Assembly (NCBI GenBank): GCA_947259065.1
Contig: CAMYLH010000001.1
Span: 1 to 44,154 of the forward strand
DNA: 44,154 nucleotides
Source of the DNA: an uncultured Desulfobacterales bacterium
Lineage (GTDB): Bacteria; Desulfobacterota; Desulfobacteria; Desulfobacterales; JAFDCJ01
Direction of reading: 5' to 3'
In this document: positions 27,102-37,285 of the stretch, piece by piece
How positions within the stretch are numbered: the first letter of the stretch is position 1
Layout: each line of letters opens with the position of its first letter
Notes under the pieces: generated by a model
Told to the model about the DNA's origin: nothing
Seen by the model: only the letters and a program-made list of their open reading frames with translations
Databases searched by the model: none
Translations under genes and position numbers: made by a program

Positions 27102-27968
27102 ATGAGCGACCATGGAATTCATATCAAGGAATTACCGCAGCTAAAAAATCCTGTGCTCATCGCCGGTTTTGACGGATGGGGAAATGCCCTCAACATCTCA
27201 AACGGTATGGCCGGCTATCTCATCCGCCGCATGAAAGCACAGCATTTTGCAGATCTCGACCCCGACACCTTTTACCGCTATGATGAGCAGCGTCCTCGAG
27301 TCAGTATTGTGGGAGGTATTCTTAAGAGCTTTAAGCCGCCGGGCGGCTCTTTCTACGCAGCTGAAACCGATGCCGGTCAAAGAGATCTTGTCATTTTGAA
27401 AGCCGACGAACCAAGTCTGCGATGGTTTCAATTGGCTGACCAATTGTTGTCTATATGTCAAAACCTGGGAATCAGTACCATTATTACTCTGGGAAGCATG
27501 TATGACAATGTACTGCATACTGATAGAATTGTTTCAGGCGTCGCATCAACTGAAGATCTGGTTTCACGGTTGATGGAGTCAGGCATTAATCCAATTGCCT
27601 ATCAGGGTCCCAGCGCCATCCATACCATCATCCACTCTGAAGGTTCCAAAAGGGAATTCGAATGCATCAGTTTGTGGTCTCATTGTCCCTACTACCTGCA
27701 GGGAACAACCCATTTTGGCCTTTTATCCCATTTAGGGGGGTTGATTGCCGAGCTGGGCAATTTTCAGTTGGAAACCCCGGATCTGGAAGCCAATTGGAAA
27801 AAGCTTAAAGAACAAATCAACCAGCTTATTGACGACAACAGTGAGCTTCAGTCTTTGATCAGCAGTCTGCGAAAGGAAAAAGTGAAAGGCACAACTACTA
27901 GCTTCAAAGGGACCATTAAAAGCGACGAAAAGATCATCAACCTGCAAGACTTTTTAGATCCAAAATAA
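27102..27968 (+). CDS. PAC2 family protein
   Basis: AGFDGWGNA, RP, EP.LRW, LG....V.HT, YQGP, PYY. Confidence 0.88.
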   Translation: MSDHGIHIKELPQLKNPVLIAGFDGWGNALNISNGMAGYLIRRMKAQHFADLDPDTFYRYDEQRPRVSIVGGILKSFKPPGGSFYAAETDAGQRDLVILKADEPSLRWFQLADQLLSICQNLGISTIITLGSMYDNVLHTDRIVSGVASTEDLVSRLMESGINPIAYQGPSAIHTIIHSEGSKREFECISLWSHCPYYLQGTTHFGLLSHLGGLIAELGNFQLETPDLEANWKKLKEQINQLIDDNSELQSLISSLRKEKVKGTTTSFKGTIKSDEKIINLQDFLDPK

Positions 27969-28106
27969 TCCGCCGACAGCCGGATGATTTGGGGTTCACT
28001 CTCCCATCAGCTCGGTTTTATTCCAACTCAGGTTCAATCAATCATTGCGCTTTCGAACCGCTGGAATTTCGGAATTTCCCTTTCACCTTTAGCAGTTTAC
28101 AGAGGG

Positions 28107-28835
28107 TTAATAGCGCCGTGAACGAGAGACGGAGCGTATCCTGCCGGGAGTGCCCTTGCCAATATGGCTGCTGCGAGGTCGGATGGAAAGCTGGCCGCGA
28201 TGGTACCGGTTATGCGAACGAAGGCCATAATCCCGACGATGCGCCTTTTTGTAAAGGTATTTTTGGCCATTGTATTTGCTACGGTGATGTTTCTCGACAT
28301 AGCCATAATGGTGTTTTGTGTTGCGGTAGCGCTTTAGATGGTCTTTATGGCGTGGCTTGGTAAAGTGAATGCTGCCGGTTTCATTACGGAAGTAGTGCCG
28401 ATTCTTGTAGTGATACGGATAATAGCCGCGGTAATAACTAGAGTACTCGTAATTTCCATTGTCATAGCGGTCATTCCAGGCTTCATTCCGGATTTTCTCA
28501 GCTTCACGCAGCGCCTCCTCTGCCTGGCGGCCGGCTTCCGCCAATCTTTGCTCGGTTTCCGCTTCGCGCCGTTCAAGGTCCCCATTTCTTTCAGCAAGCT
28601 CCAGCCGTGCAAGCTCCAATCTCTCCTCTCGTTCCGCCTCCAGGCGAGCACGATCAGCGGCCTCATCATATGGCAGCTCTTCGGTTTTCATCATAATTTT
28701 GGCTTCAGGAGGTGGCGCATAGTTGGTATAATGCGTGACACCGTTTTCATCGGTCCACTCATAGATGTCAGCATACAGGGGAGAAGCAACAAAGCAACCC
28801 ACTATAATGCATAAAAATATCTTCAATACTGTCAT
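28107..28835 (-). CDS. DUF4124-type exported protein with coiled coil and basic H/Y/R-rich tail
   Basis: Signal peptide, then ADIYEWTDENGVTHYTN..PP. Confidence 0.8.
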   Translation of the reverse strand: MTVLKIFLCIIVGCFVASPLYADIYEWTDENGVTHYTNYAPPPEAKIMMKTEELPYDEAADRARLEAEREERLELARLELAERNGDLERREAETEQRLAEAGRQAEEALREAEKIRNEAWNDRYDNGNYEYSSYYRGYYPYHYKNRHYFRNETGSIHFTKPRHKDHLKRYRNTKHHYGYVEKHHRSKYNGQKYLYKKAHRRDYGLRSHNRYHRGQLSIRPRSSHIGKGTPGRIRSVSRSRRY

Positions 28836-29046
28836 AGGAAACCTCCGTTCAGATTTTGCAAATTGGAACGGATGCAAAAAGGATAAGTTTGGCTTTCAAC
28901 CCAAATAAATGATTGACGTTACCGTCATTGAAGATAAACACGAATGCACCGGAGTAAATGATATTGAACGCAAATGATCCATTCGTTTTCCTGGATATGA
29001 TATCATTTTTCTCTCCGAGAATCTGGATTTCTAAGAAATTCGATAC

Positions 29047-29928
29047 CTATAAAAGCCCGACTGACTCAGATATTTTCCCCCAGGCCTCCTCTGCGGTTTC
29101 AACATATTCAAATAAATCAAGATCTTTGTTTGAAATGGTTCCCTCTTCTACCAGGGCATCAAAATTGATAATCCGCTTCCAAAAAGCTTGACCAAATAAC
29201 AGCACGGGAATCGGTTGCACTTTTTGAGTCTGTATTAGCGTCAAAGTTTCAAAAAGCTCGTCCAGAGTGCCAAAACCACCTGGAAAAGCCACCAGACTCT
29301 TGGCACGCATCAACAAATGCATCTTACGGACGGCAAAATAATGAAATTGGAAATTTAAATCGGGCGTTATATAAGAATTTGGCGCCTGTTCATGGGGAAG
29401 AACGATGTTCATACCGATGCTCGGCATCCCGGCCTCATGGGCCCCTCGATTGGCAGCTTCCATGATGCCCGGGCCTCCACCGGTCACCACCACCAGTTGA
29501 TCTTTGCCGGTGTTGCTGGAAATTAAATGACCCAATTTTCGTGCCTCGTCATAATATCGACTGTTTTCAAGAGTACGGCGAGCAGACTCCACTTGCTTGG
29601 TTGCCAGCGGGTCATCCTTATTGCTATTATATCCAGCCAGGGCTGATACCAATCGTGTTTCAGCAGTTTCAGGATCCGTAATCCGGGCACTGCCGTATAC
29701 CACAACGGTCGATTCGATATGTTGTTCCTGCAAAATCAGCTCAGGTTTTAGCAGCTCCAATTGAAGCCGTACCGGCCGCAATTCGTCGCGTAGGAGAAAA
29801 TCTGGGTCCTGAAATGCCAATTGATATGAAGCTGATCTGCATTGGGCTGAGTCAATGTGCCGCCGGGCCGAAAGTACGGCTTCACGAGCTGATGAAAAGG
29901 CACTTTTTGATCGTTTCTCTGCCGACAT
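29047..29928 (-). CDS. LOG family (TIGR00730) protein
   Basis: GSAR, TGGGPGIMEAANRGA, RK, PGGFGTLDE. Confidence 0.93.
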   Translation of the reverse strand: MSAEKRSKSAFSSAREAVLSARRHIDSAQCRSASYQLAFQDPDFLLRDELRPVRLQLELLKPELILQEQHIESTVVVYGSARITDPETAETRLVSALAGYNSNKDDPLATKQVESARRTLENSRYYDEARKLGHLISSNTGKDQLVVVTGGGPGIMEAANRGAHEAGMPSIGMNIVLPHEQAPNSYITPDLNFQFHYFAVRKMHLLMRAKSLVAFPGGFGTLDELFETLTLIQTQKVQPIPVLLFGQAFWKRIINFDALVEEGTISNKDLDLFEYVETAEEAWGKISESVGLL

Positions 29929-30348
29929 AGTGATTCTCCAATAATCTGTTTTGATGTTGATTTGCTGATTTTTAAAATCGGCTATTTACTAAAAGTCCAT
30001 CGATTAATACATTCAATAACGCATTTAGCTGCTCAGGACTTAGAGCTGAGCAAGCAATTATGCTGGATTGGTCAGAAAATTTATATGTTATTGTAATTGC
30101 TAATAGAAACACTAAAATTGTCAAACTTTGAGCGATAGCCTCTCTTAACAGGTTAATAGCAGGGACAACCAGCAGAGGCAAGAATTAGATTCCAGGGCAG
30201 AGACGTCTTTTTCGATGTTGAGCTTATGATATACAGAAATGTCTGAATATTCTATGACAAATTGAAAATTCTTGCGAGGGATAAAGCAGGTGATAAGCAA
30301 ACAGGTAAAAAAATTTTAGGGAATCTAAGTGGTGGCAAACGAGGAGGA

Positions 30349-30702
30349 TTATCCCGTGATATCAAGCAGGGTTCCCAACATTTTGTCATGGGTTTGCAGC
30401 ACTTTCAGATTGGCTTCATAGGTGCGCTGTGTGACCATAAGTTCAGGAATTTCTTCTTCCAGGTTTACATTAGAGCCTTCTTTTTCGATCAGCTGATTTC
30501 CCTCAAGCTCTTGATAACGATGGCCAGGAGTATTGACGCGCTCGATGTTCGCCTGTACGCCACCGTTGCTGCCTTCTTTCAGGATTGCTCTGCTTTTTTT
30601 GAATTCATCAGTGTTTACGTTGGCAATATTATCGGCTGTGACGCCCAGCCTGGTTTTATTTGCCTGTAGCGCCGAAATTGTGCTATTGACTGCGGAAATC
30701 AT
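30349..30702 (-). CDS. Orphan flagellar basal-body rod (FlgC-like) small protein
   Basis: ADNIANVNT and SNVNLEEE...YEAN motifs. Confidence 0.85.
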   Translation of the reverse strand: MISAVNSTISALQANKTRLGVTADNIANVNTDEFKKSRAILKEGSNGGVQANIERVNTPGHRYQELEGNQLIEKEGSNVNLEEEIPELMVTQRTYEANLKVLQTHDKMLGTLLDITG

Positions 30703-30726
30703 CGGAATTCTCCTTCTAAAAGATGA

Positions 30727-30763
30727 AATCCCGTCAAATGGCGAGATATCGCAAGACGGGATT
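30727..30763 (-). terminator. Strong hairpin in the leader of the flgC-like gene
   Basis: AATCCCGTC / GACGGGATT stem, followed on the minus strand by TCATCTTTT. Confidence 0.4.
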
Positions 30764-31001
30764 CGGCAAAATTCACAATCGTAGTTTTATTAGCAGCCTC
30801 GTTCCGGGTAACAATTTTGAGTGATTTGAACTGTCAAAACCCTGCAGAGACATGATTTAAAATAAAACTTCCCACAATGCCGTTGTACTCGTGCGGCGCT
30901 ATTCCTCATTACATTTGTCGTGAGAGCCCGACAGAGAAGATGCACGCACATCTGAGAAGTTTTAAATTCTAGCCGTTTGGCTAAGTTCGAGTATTTTTAT
31001 T

Positions 31002-31016
31002 TCAAATTTTGTGCCA
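31002..31016 (-). promoter_or_regulatory. Possible sigma54 promoter
   Basis: TGGCAC-AAAAT-TTGA (GG-N10-GA; -12 variant). Confidence 0.5.
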
Positions 31017-31191
31017 GTTTCTTTATTTTTTTATAATTATCTAAATTTCAAATAGTTAACTTGTTTTCTATTTTTTTAACAACCTTAAAATTGACAATTA
31101 TCGTCAACTTTTTTACCCTAAATTGTCAGATTATCGATGGATCTATCTTTAATGCAATCACAGAAACCCTATAGGAGTAAATAAGGATAAC

Positions 31192-32346
31192 ATGCAATTT
31201 GAATTTGCCACCGCCACAAAAATTATTTTTGGACCTGGAACCCTAAAAGATATCAGTGTCCCGGCTGCTGAAATGGGCCACTATGGGTTTGTCATTACCG
31301 GCCGAAACCCGCAGCGGGCAGAACCTCTATTGAAGCAGCTGAAAAAACAAGGCATCGATTTTTCGTTGTTCCGCGTACCTGAAGAACCCACAACCGACCT
31401 GGCCCTTGCCGCAGTCGATAAAGCCCGTCGTGATGGTTGTGATTTCGTAATTGGTATCGGAGGCGGCAGTATTTTGGACATTGGAAAGGTAGTAGCGGCG
31501 CTTTTAACCAATAGCGGCGAATTAATGGAATATTTGGAGGTAATCGGAGGCAGTCAGCCGCTTAATCGGCAATCCGCACCATACATCGCCATCCCGACCA
31601 CGGCCGGTACCGGAGCCGAAGTCACGCGCAATGCGGTTCTCGATTCACCTCTGCACCGAATTAAAGTCAGCATGAGAAGTCCATTTATGCTGCCCCGTCT
31701 GGCGCTGATTGACCCGGAGTTAACCTACTCGATGCCGCCTTCCGTAACAGCCGCCACCGGATTGGATGCATTCACACAGCTGCTCGAAGCTTTCGTTTCC
31801 CGCCAGGCTAATCCTTTGACAGACTGCCTTTGCCGGCAGGGAATAGAACGGGTGGCACGTGCTATAAGGAAGGTGTATCAAGACGGCAAAGATGCGCCGG
31901 CCCGCGAGGATATGTGCCTGGCAAGCCTTTACGGCGGCTTGGCACTGGCCAACGCAAAGTTAGGAGCCGTACACGGATTCGCTGGCGCTTTGGGCGGCAT
32001 GTACAATGCTCCCCATGGCGCTCTGTGTGCTGCTATTTTGCCACATGTTATGGAGACCAATATCAGTGCCTTGCATTCCCGGGCCTCATACGCCCCAGCA
32101 CTCGAGCGGTATGACGAGGTCGCCCGGATTATCACTGGAGAACCCGGAGCGCTTGCAGTTCAGGGTATCACTTGGGTACAGGAATTGTGTCAAGAACTGT
32201 ATATACCTTCATTAGCAGCTTATGGACTTCAAAAAACCGATTTTTCCGCTGTGGTAATAAAATCTCAGAATGCGAGCAGTATGAAGGGAAACCCGATTGT
32301 ACTGACAAAGGAAGAATTGTTGGAAATCCTTAATAAGGCTTTTTGA
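31192..32346 (+). CDS. Iron-containing alcohol dehydrogenase
   Basis: GGGS, PTTAGTGAE, DAFTQLLE, VHG, PHG. Confidence 0.93.
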   Translation: MQFEFATATKIIFGPGTLKDISVPAAEMGHYGFVITGRNPQRAEPLLKQLKKQGIDFSLFRVPEEPTTDLALAAVDKARRDGCDFVIGIGGGSILDIGKVVAALLTNSGELMEYLEVIGGSQPLNRQSAPYIAIPTTAGTGAEVTRNAVLDSPLHRIKVSMRSPFMLPRLALIDPELTYSMPPSVTAATGLDAFTQLLEAFVSRQANPLTDCLCRQGIERVARAIRKVYQDGKDAPAREDMCLASLYGGLALANAKLGAVHGFAGALGGMYNAPHGALCAAILPHVMETNISALHSRASYAPALERYDEVARIITGEPGALAVQGITWVQELCQELYIPSLAAYGLQKTDFSAVVIKSQNASSMKGNPIVLTKEELLEILNKAF

Positions 32347-32458
32347 ACGTATATGCTTGCAGCAGCCGTAAAATCTTGTAGATGTTGTAGCGCATGGTCA
32401 TTGATAGTTCGTTCTGTTTTGCATAATGATCCGGATTGAGTTGGGACATTGGCCGGTT

Positions 32459-32734
32459 TCATCTGAAAACAAACGGCGGGGCTTCCTCGTCCGTCGTAGC
32501 TGATTTCTTATTGCGGGTTTTGACTCTAATGTCTTTTTGTTTTCTGAAACGGCGGGGAACGCTGAATAATCCGGAAAGAAAATATTTAATAACTCCGGAT
32601 AATCCCCTTATTATTTGTAAAATCAAATAAAACAGACCTACTCCAAATGCCACCTCCACGAAATTGGGTTGATTAGCAACCCAAATGGAGAATGTGTCCC
32701 AACTATTTAACAGCCGGTTTAATATCACTTCCAT
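32459..32734 (-). CDS. Small membrane protein
   Basis: ATG 32734 after AAGGAA; one hydrophobic helix and a basic tail. Confidence 0.6.
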   Translation of the reverse strand: MEVILNRLLNSWDTFSIWVANQPNFVEVAFGVGLFYLILQIIRGLSGVIKYFLSGLFSVPRRFRKQKDIRVKTRNKKSATTDEEAPPFVFR

Positions 32735-32949
32735 GACGCAATGATTCCTTAATTCTTTTGTACCGCTGATAATTAATTTTGTCAAGAATACGAATAACTT
32801 AAATTGTTGACATTTTTCAGTCAATAATTTGACATTTTCCGTTCTTTTATTGTCCTCAAGAGCTCAAATCCGTGGCTCAGCCCGTTTGAATATCCGTTTC
32901 AGAGGGCATACTCCAGCATTCCAATGGAACAAGATCAAAGATGAGACTT

Positions 32950-32964
32950 TGGCATAAATTTTGC
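32950..32964 (+). promoter_or_regulatory. Sigma54 promoter
   Basis: TGGCAT-AAATT-TTGC (GG-N10-GC). Confidence 0.7.
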
Positions 32965-33153
32965 CTAATCTACTTAACATTCCAAATAATTGGAATCCGG
33001 CTATCCGCCAAGAGCTGTATGCTCCGAGAGAATAGGAAATGTCCTGGTGGTTATCATTCCTTCACCTGCGGGGCTTGAGATCTTCGGGGGGGCTTTCTCG
33101 AATTATGGGAACTAAGATTTCGTTTTGATTTTGAATCGGAGGTGATTTAGACA

Positions 33154-33339
33154 GTGGTTTGCGTTGATGAGTACGGAGAAAATATCGGAACTTTGCGAAA
33201 TCTATTTCGTAATTTGCAGCAAGCCGTTGTTTTTGCAAAGCAAATTATTGAGTTGGCGGATGAGGAATACACCTGCGTTGGAACGAATAAGTGGTTTTGT
33301 GAGAAAAAAAACGAGTATGTAGAAATCAAAAATTTATAA
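33154..33339 (+). CDS. Small hypothetical protein (61 aa)
   Basis: GGAGGT RBS 10 nt upstream; lies downstream of the sigma54 site. Confidence 0.55.
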   Translation: MVCVDEYGENIGTLRNLFRNLQQAVVFAKQIIELADEEYTCVGTNKWFCEKKNEYVEIKNL

Positions 33340-33605
33340 AACGCATCGGGTCTTAGTTCGTGATAGACCATTTAATTTTCAAGCATACTTTATTTCAGCA
33401 AGCTTGCCCTTTAGCTCCGGGACCGATTGTCACACCTCAATACCCTCAGATCCTTTCAGTCTCAGATGCAATCTCAACCCGGGATCACATTCGATTTTCT
33501 CTTGACATTCTTTACAGTTAGGTTAAATCGGTATCATGAAGAGACCATCTTTGATGTTGTGTCTGTTATCGCAGGCACACAGGGCTAATTTTAACGGATA
33601 ATCAA

Positions 33606-34046
33606 TTGGATAAATCAATTCTTATAGGAGATAAAATTATCGGGCGATTCGCTTTTGCATGCATTACATTCCTGTTAATTTTCAGCTGGGCACGATTTTC
33701 GGTTGCGGACAACCTTAAAAACGTGCCCAGTATTTCCATTCATCAGGTCAAAGAGCTACTCAACAATTCCAATGTGGTCATCGTAGACGTGCGCAAATAT
33801 CAGAATTGGTGGCGGAGCAACAAAAAAATTTTATCGGCTGTCAGAGAGAATCCTTCCAAGGTTGGCCAATGGGTACAAAAATATCCCAAAAATAAATCAC
33901 TGATATTTTACTGAGCTTGAAAATACGGTAAAACGAGTGCCCGTGTGGCATGGTATTTTTTACAAAAAGGGTACAGTAAGGTATTTATCATTGAAGGTGG
34001 CTGGAACGCATGGCAGCATGCCGGTTATCCGGTTGAAAAGAAATAG
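33606..34046 (+). CDS. Exported rhodanese-like selenoprotein with two in-frame UGA codons
   Basis: IVDVR...LIFY-TGA-GCT-TGA-KYGKTSARVA..LQKGY..V..IEGGWNAW..AGYPVE completes the rhodanese fold only by double readthrough. Confidence 0.88.
33921..33958 (+). promoter_or_regulatory. Candidate SECIS element
   Basis: Lower stem AAATAC/GTATTT, upper stem GTGCC-CGTGT-GGCAT with G at loop position 2. Confidence 0.7.
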
Positions 34047-34653
34047 GAGGTAGCCGCTCCGAAATACTCGCCACACAACAATCGGCCCTAAATGCCTATT
34101 GGTTGACCCGAAAATGAGCCAAGTTTACAAAAGATCCACCGTTAAGTACCGATGCATGCATAAAATTGAGTCAATTGACGATCATTGTAACTGAGTTGAC
34201 GCCCACAGAGAACTGAGGTATCTGGAGGTTAAAGAGGATTAAAACTAACTCCCCCGGGAGCCGCCTTGGTACTTCCCCTATTTTCCCTGAATTGCATGAT
34301 TTCATCAGCAATTCCATCAACCTTACCCTCGCTCGATGATAATTTTCGGCAGTCCGTGTCCGCTCAGCAATGATATGTTTTCAATAGTGCTGATAAGACG
34401 AACCATCCCTGGCGGATTACTCAAAATAAGAAAATGCAAATTTCAAGGATCAATCCGCCGTATACGGATTTACAGACGGAAATATGGACAAACTAGCCAT
34501 TTCTGAATGGATACCAGCTGATTGTAAGGTCACAGGATACAACGCGACATGAATTTATCGAAGGTGAATAAAAAGGACTGAGTTTTCTTTAAAATTGAAA
34601 ATTTATGCTTACATTGGTGATTTGGGTTGCAATATTGATAGGGAGTTTCTGAT

Positions 34654-36096
34654 ATGAATTATAAATTGAAAATTGCCCTCGGAGCAATGTTTTGGCTGGC
34701 GATGACCGGGTCTTTAATGGCCCAGGTAAGCTTTACAGAATTAGTGAGGGAAATTCGCCCTGCTGTCGTGACGGTGGTCGTCTATAATGCCAATCATCAG
34801 GTTACCGGGATCGGGAGCGGATTTTTTATCGATAAGTACGGACATTTAATTACCAACTACCATGTTATCGATGGTGAATATGCCGCAGATGTGAGAACCG
34901 CCGACGGGAACTCATATCCGATCGTACTGGTTGTAGCGGATAATAAATCAGTTGACCTGGTAAAAGTACTAGTGGATATCCCCCGGGAAAAAGTTAAATA
35001 TATAAAAGTCAGCAAAGATTTGCCTTCAATTGCCGAACAGATCATGGTGCTCGGCAGCCCCCTGGGACTTGAGCAGACTGTCAGCGAGGGCATTGTGTCT
35101 TCGATTCGAGCGATTCCATCGGTAGGAGAATTTTTTCAAATGTCAGCTCCGATTTCCCCGGGATCCAGCGGCGGTCCGGTGATCAATTTACAAGGCGAGG
35201 TCATCGGCGTGACCACTTTTCAGTTTGTACGCGGCCAAAATCTTAATTTCGCAATTGCCGGGAGTTCTTTGCTGAAACTGAAACCGGCCCGATTCGGCAT
35301 GCCGATTTCTCTGTGGACCTTTACCAAAAGCTCACGACAACCAAAGCTTGCCGAAGAACTTTGTCGCCAGGGGTACAGCTTTTCAATAAATGGCGATGAT
35401 CAGAAAGCACTTGAGCTTTTCAAGGAAGCAATTGAACAAGACCCGGAAAATGCCATGGCATGGAATGGCTTGGGCTCCTGTCAGGTCGGATTGAATAGGC
35501 CGGCAGCCGCCATAGAGTCATATAAACAGGCAATTAAAATCAATCCCAATGACGCGGACATGCATTATGCATTAGGAAATTATTATGCTAAACTCGGTCG
35601 GAACCAGGAGGCAGTTGAAACCTATGAGCAAGCGATCCGGATAAATCCTGATTTCGAATCCGCATATTTTAAGCTCGGCCTGATTTACGCCCAGCTTGGC
35701 CGGCTGGATGACGGGAAAAATGCCTTTGAAACCGTCATACGACTGAACCCTAATGCAGCTCCAGCACACTTCAACATTGGCCTTGCATATACCAAGCTGG
35801 GCCTCTACCAGGAAGCCATCAAGGCCCATCAGGAAGTCTTGCGAATCACTCCTGAATTTGCTCCAGCCCACAATAATCTGGGTGTGGTATACGGCAAACT
35901 GGGAGATTCAAGCACGGAAATTAATTCTTACAAGGAAGCCATTCGGATAGATCCCGATTTTGTACCGGCTCACTATAACCTTGGTTATGCACTCCTTCAA
36001 AAGGGTAACAAAACGGCCGCCCTTGATGAATACAAAATCCTGAAAGGCTTAGACGAAGAGGCCGCCGACAAATTGTTTAACTTTATTTATTTCTAG
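34654..36096 (+). CDS. Exported trypsin-like serine protease with C-terminal TPR repeats
   Basis: GSGF, TNYHV, DL, ISPGSSGGP; about 7 TPRs; signal peptide. Confidence 0.93.
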   Translation: MNYKLKIALGAMFWLAMTGSLMAQVSFTELVREIRPAVVTVVVYNANHQVTGIGSGFFIDKYGHLITNYHVIDGEYAADVRTADGNSYPIVLVVADNKSVDLVKVLVDIPREKVKYIKVSKDLPSIAEQIMVLGSPLGLEQTVSEGIVSSIRAIPSVGEFFQMSAPISPGSSGGPVINLQGEVIGVTTFQFVRGQNLNFAIAGSSLLKLKPARFGMPISLWTFTKSSRQPKLAEELCRQGYSFSINGDDQKALELFKEAIEQDPENAMAWNGLGSCQVGLNRPAAAIESYKQAIKINPNDADMHYALGNYYAKLGRNQEAVETYEQAIRINPDFESAYFKLGLIYAQLGRLDDGKNAFETVIRLNPNAAPAHFNIGLAYTKLGLYQEAIKAHQEVLRITPEFAPAHNNLGVVYGKLGDSSTEINSYKEAIRIDPDFVPAHYNLGYALLQKGNKTAALDEYKILKGLDEEAADKLFNFIYF

Positions 36097-36098
36097 CG

Positions 36099-36596
36099 AT
36101 GGAATTAGGAAAAGATTGCAAGCGCCTGCCCAACAGTGAGACCCATAACTGTTTCGGATGCAGCCCCGTCAACCCATCGGGGCTGCAGATGAAATTTTAC
36201 ACCAGAGACTCATCCGTCTTTTCCGAGGTGGCGGTTCCGAAGCATCTGTGCGGGTGGAACAATCTGATTCACGGTGGAGTTCTGTCAACGATTCTCGATG
36301 AAATTATGAGTTGGGCTGCAATTTATCTGTTAAAACGGATCACATTAACCAAATCGATGACGATTGATTTTCTGAAGCCCGTGTATATCGACGATGCATT
36401 GAAGGCCGAAGGCAGGGTACTGGAATTAACAGGAAAACACGAAGCGATGATGGAAGGTATCCTGTTGAACAGCGATGGTACAATCTGCACACGATCAACC
36501 GCCAATTTTGCCATATTTTCTCCTGCGGTGGCCAAACGACTGGGAATTGCGGACGAAGAACATTTGAATTGGTTTGAACGGATATATAATATTTAA
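36099..36596 (+). CDS. PaaI family thioesterase
   Basis: CFGC...NP.GL, HGG....LDE, FLKPV. Confidence 0.92.
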   Translation: MELGKDCKRLPNSETHNCFGCSPVNPSGLQMKFYTRDSSVFSEVAVPKHLCGWNNLIHGGVLSTILDEIMSWAAIYLLKRITLTKSMTIDFLKPVYIDDALKAEGRVLELTGKHEAMMEGILLNSDGTICTRSTANFAIFSPAVAKRLGIADEEHLNWFERIYNI

Positions 36597-36936
36597 TACG
36601 CTCCATTTCTGTATTTTCAAACCCTCGCTTCGGTCGCTGCCGCTTGCAATCCAAACAGACCTGGTGCGCTTTCGAAATAATTGCTGATTTTCGAAGACAC
36701 GATTGATATCGGGGCATCATAGGGTCGCAAATCTTCTGGTATCTGAAGATGGAAAATTAAGCGTCCGGTATCCGAAACCGGTTTCCAGTGGCCGGCAACC
36801 AGCGAAAAATGATCGGTCACAAGTACTTGTTCAACGTAACGAATTCAGGCTTTGTGGACCAGGTCTTCAATGTTAGAAAAAAACCGGTAAGTGGAAACTG
36901 AAATCACAGGTTTTTACACTTTTCCATAAAAAAAAC

Positions 36937-36963
36937 TAAAGAATCGTTCATATGTTCCGAAAA
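36937..36963 (+). promoter_or_regulatory. Candidate sigma28 (FliA) promoter
   Basis: TAAA-N15-TCCGAAAA versus consensus TAAA-N15-GCCGATAA. Confidence 0.5.
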
Positions 36964-36969
36964 TATTAT

Positions 36970-37052
36970 CAGGCCTGTGCAATGTATTAACACAGCGTCA
37001 TCTACCTCCTTTCTAACTGGGGTGGCTTCCGATAAGCCACCCCATACTTTTT
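36970..37052 (+). ncRNA. Candidate small RNA with anti-Shine-Dalgarno seed
   Basis: No ORF; ACCTCCTTTCTA directly precedes a terminator. Confidence 0.5.
37018..37052 (+). terminator. Rho-independent terminator
   Basis: 11-bp stem TGGGGTGGCTT / AAGCCACCCCA followed by TACTTTTT. Confidence 0.75.
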
Positions 37053-37285
37053 CAAAAGCATCAGTGGTTTAGTTATAAGTTTATAAAATACACAACTGAA
37101 TTTTTATATCAAAATATAAAGGGAATCGATTTTATGCAGAGAGATTTGTTGAGATCCCAATGCAGAGGACAATATGAAAAGCAATAAAGTATGCGAAAGC
37201 AGATCGAAAGTCAAAAGGCCCGCCTAATAGGAAACTTAAGATTGCGAATTTAATCAGCGTTGAGCCGCTCTCCTTTAAAGAAAGG

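Noticed and set aside
32990-33120. Possible riboswitch in the leader of the 61-aa ORF
   Set aside because: No match by eye to SAM, c-di-GMP or other aptamer cores
33142-33156. GTG ATT TAG in frame, possible pyrrolysine
   Set aside because: GTG 33154 has a suitably spaced RBS; no pyl context
34080-34640. Long intergenic stretch, possible gene remnant
   Set aside because: Only short broken frames; nothing identifiable
36617-36907. Minus-strand frame with an in-frame TGA extending the 67-aa ORF
   Set aside because: No family motif, Cys-like context or clear SECIS
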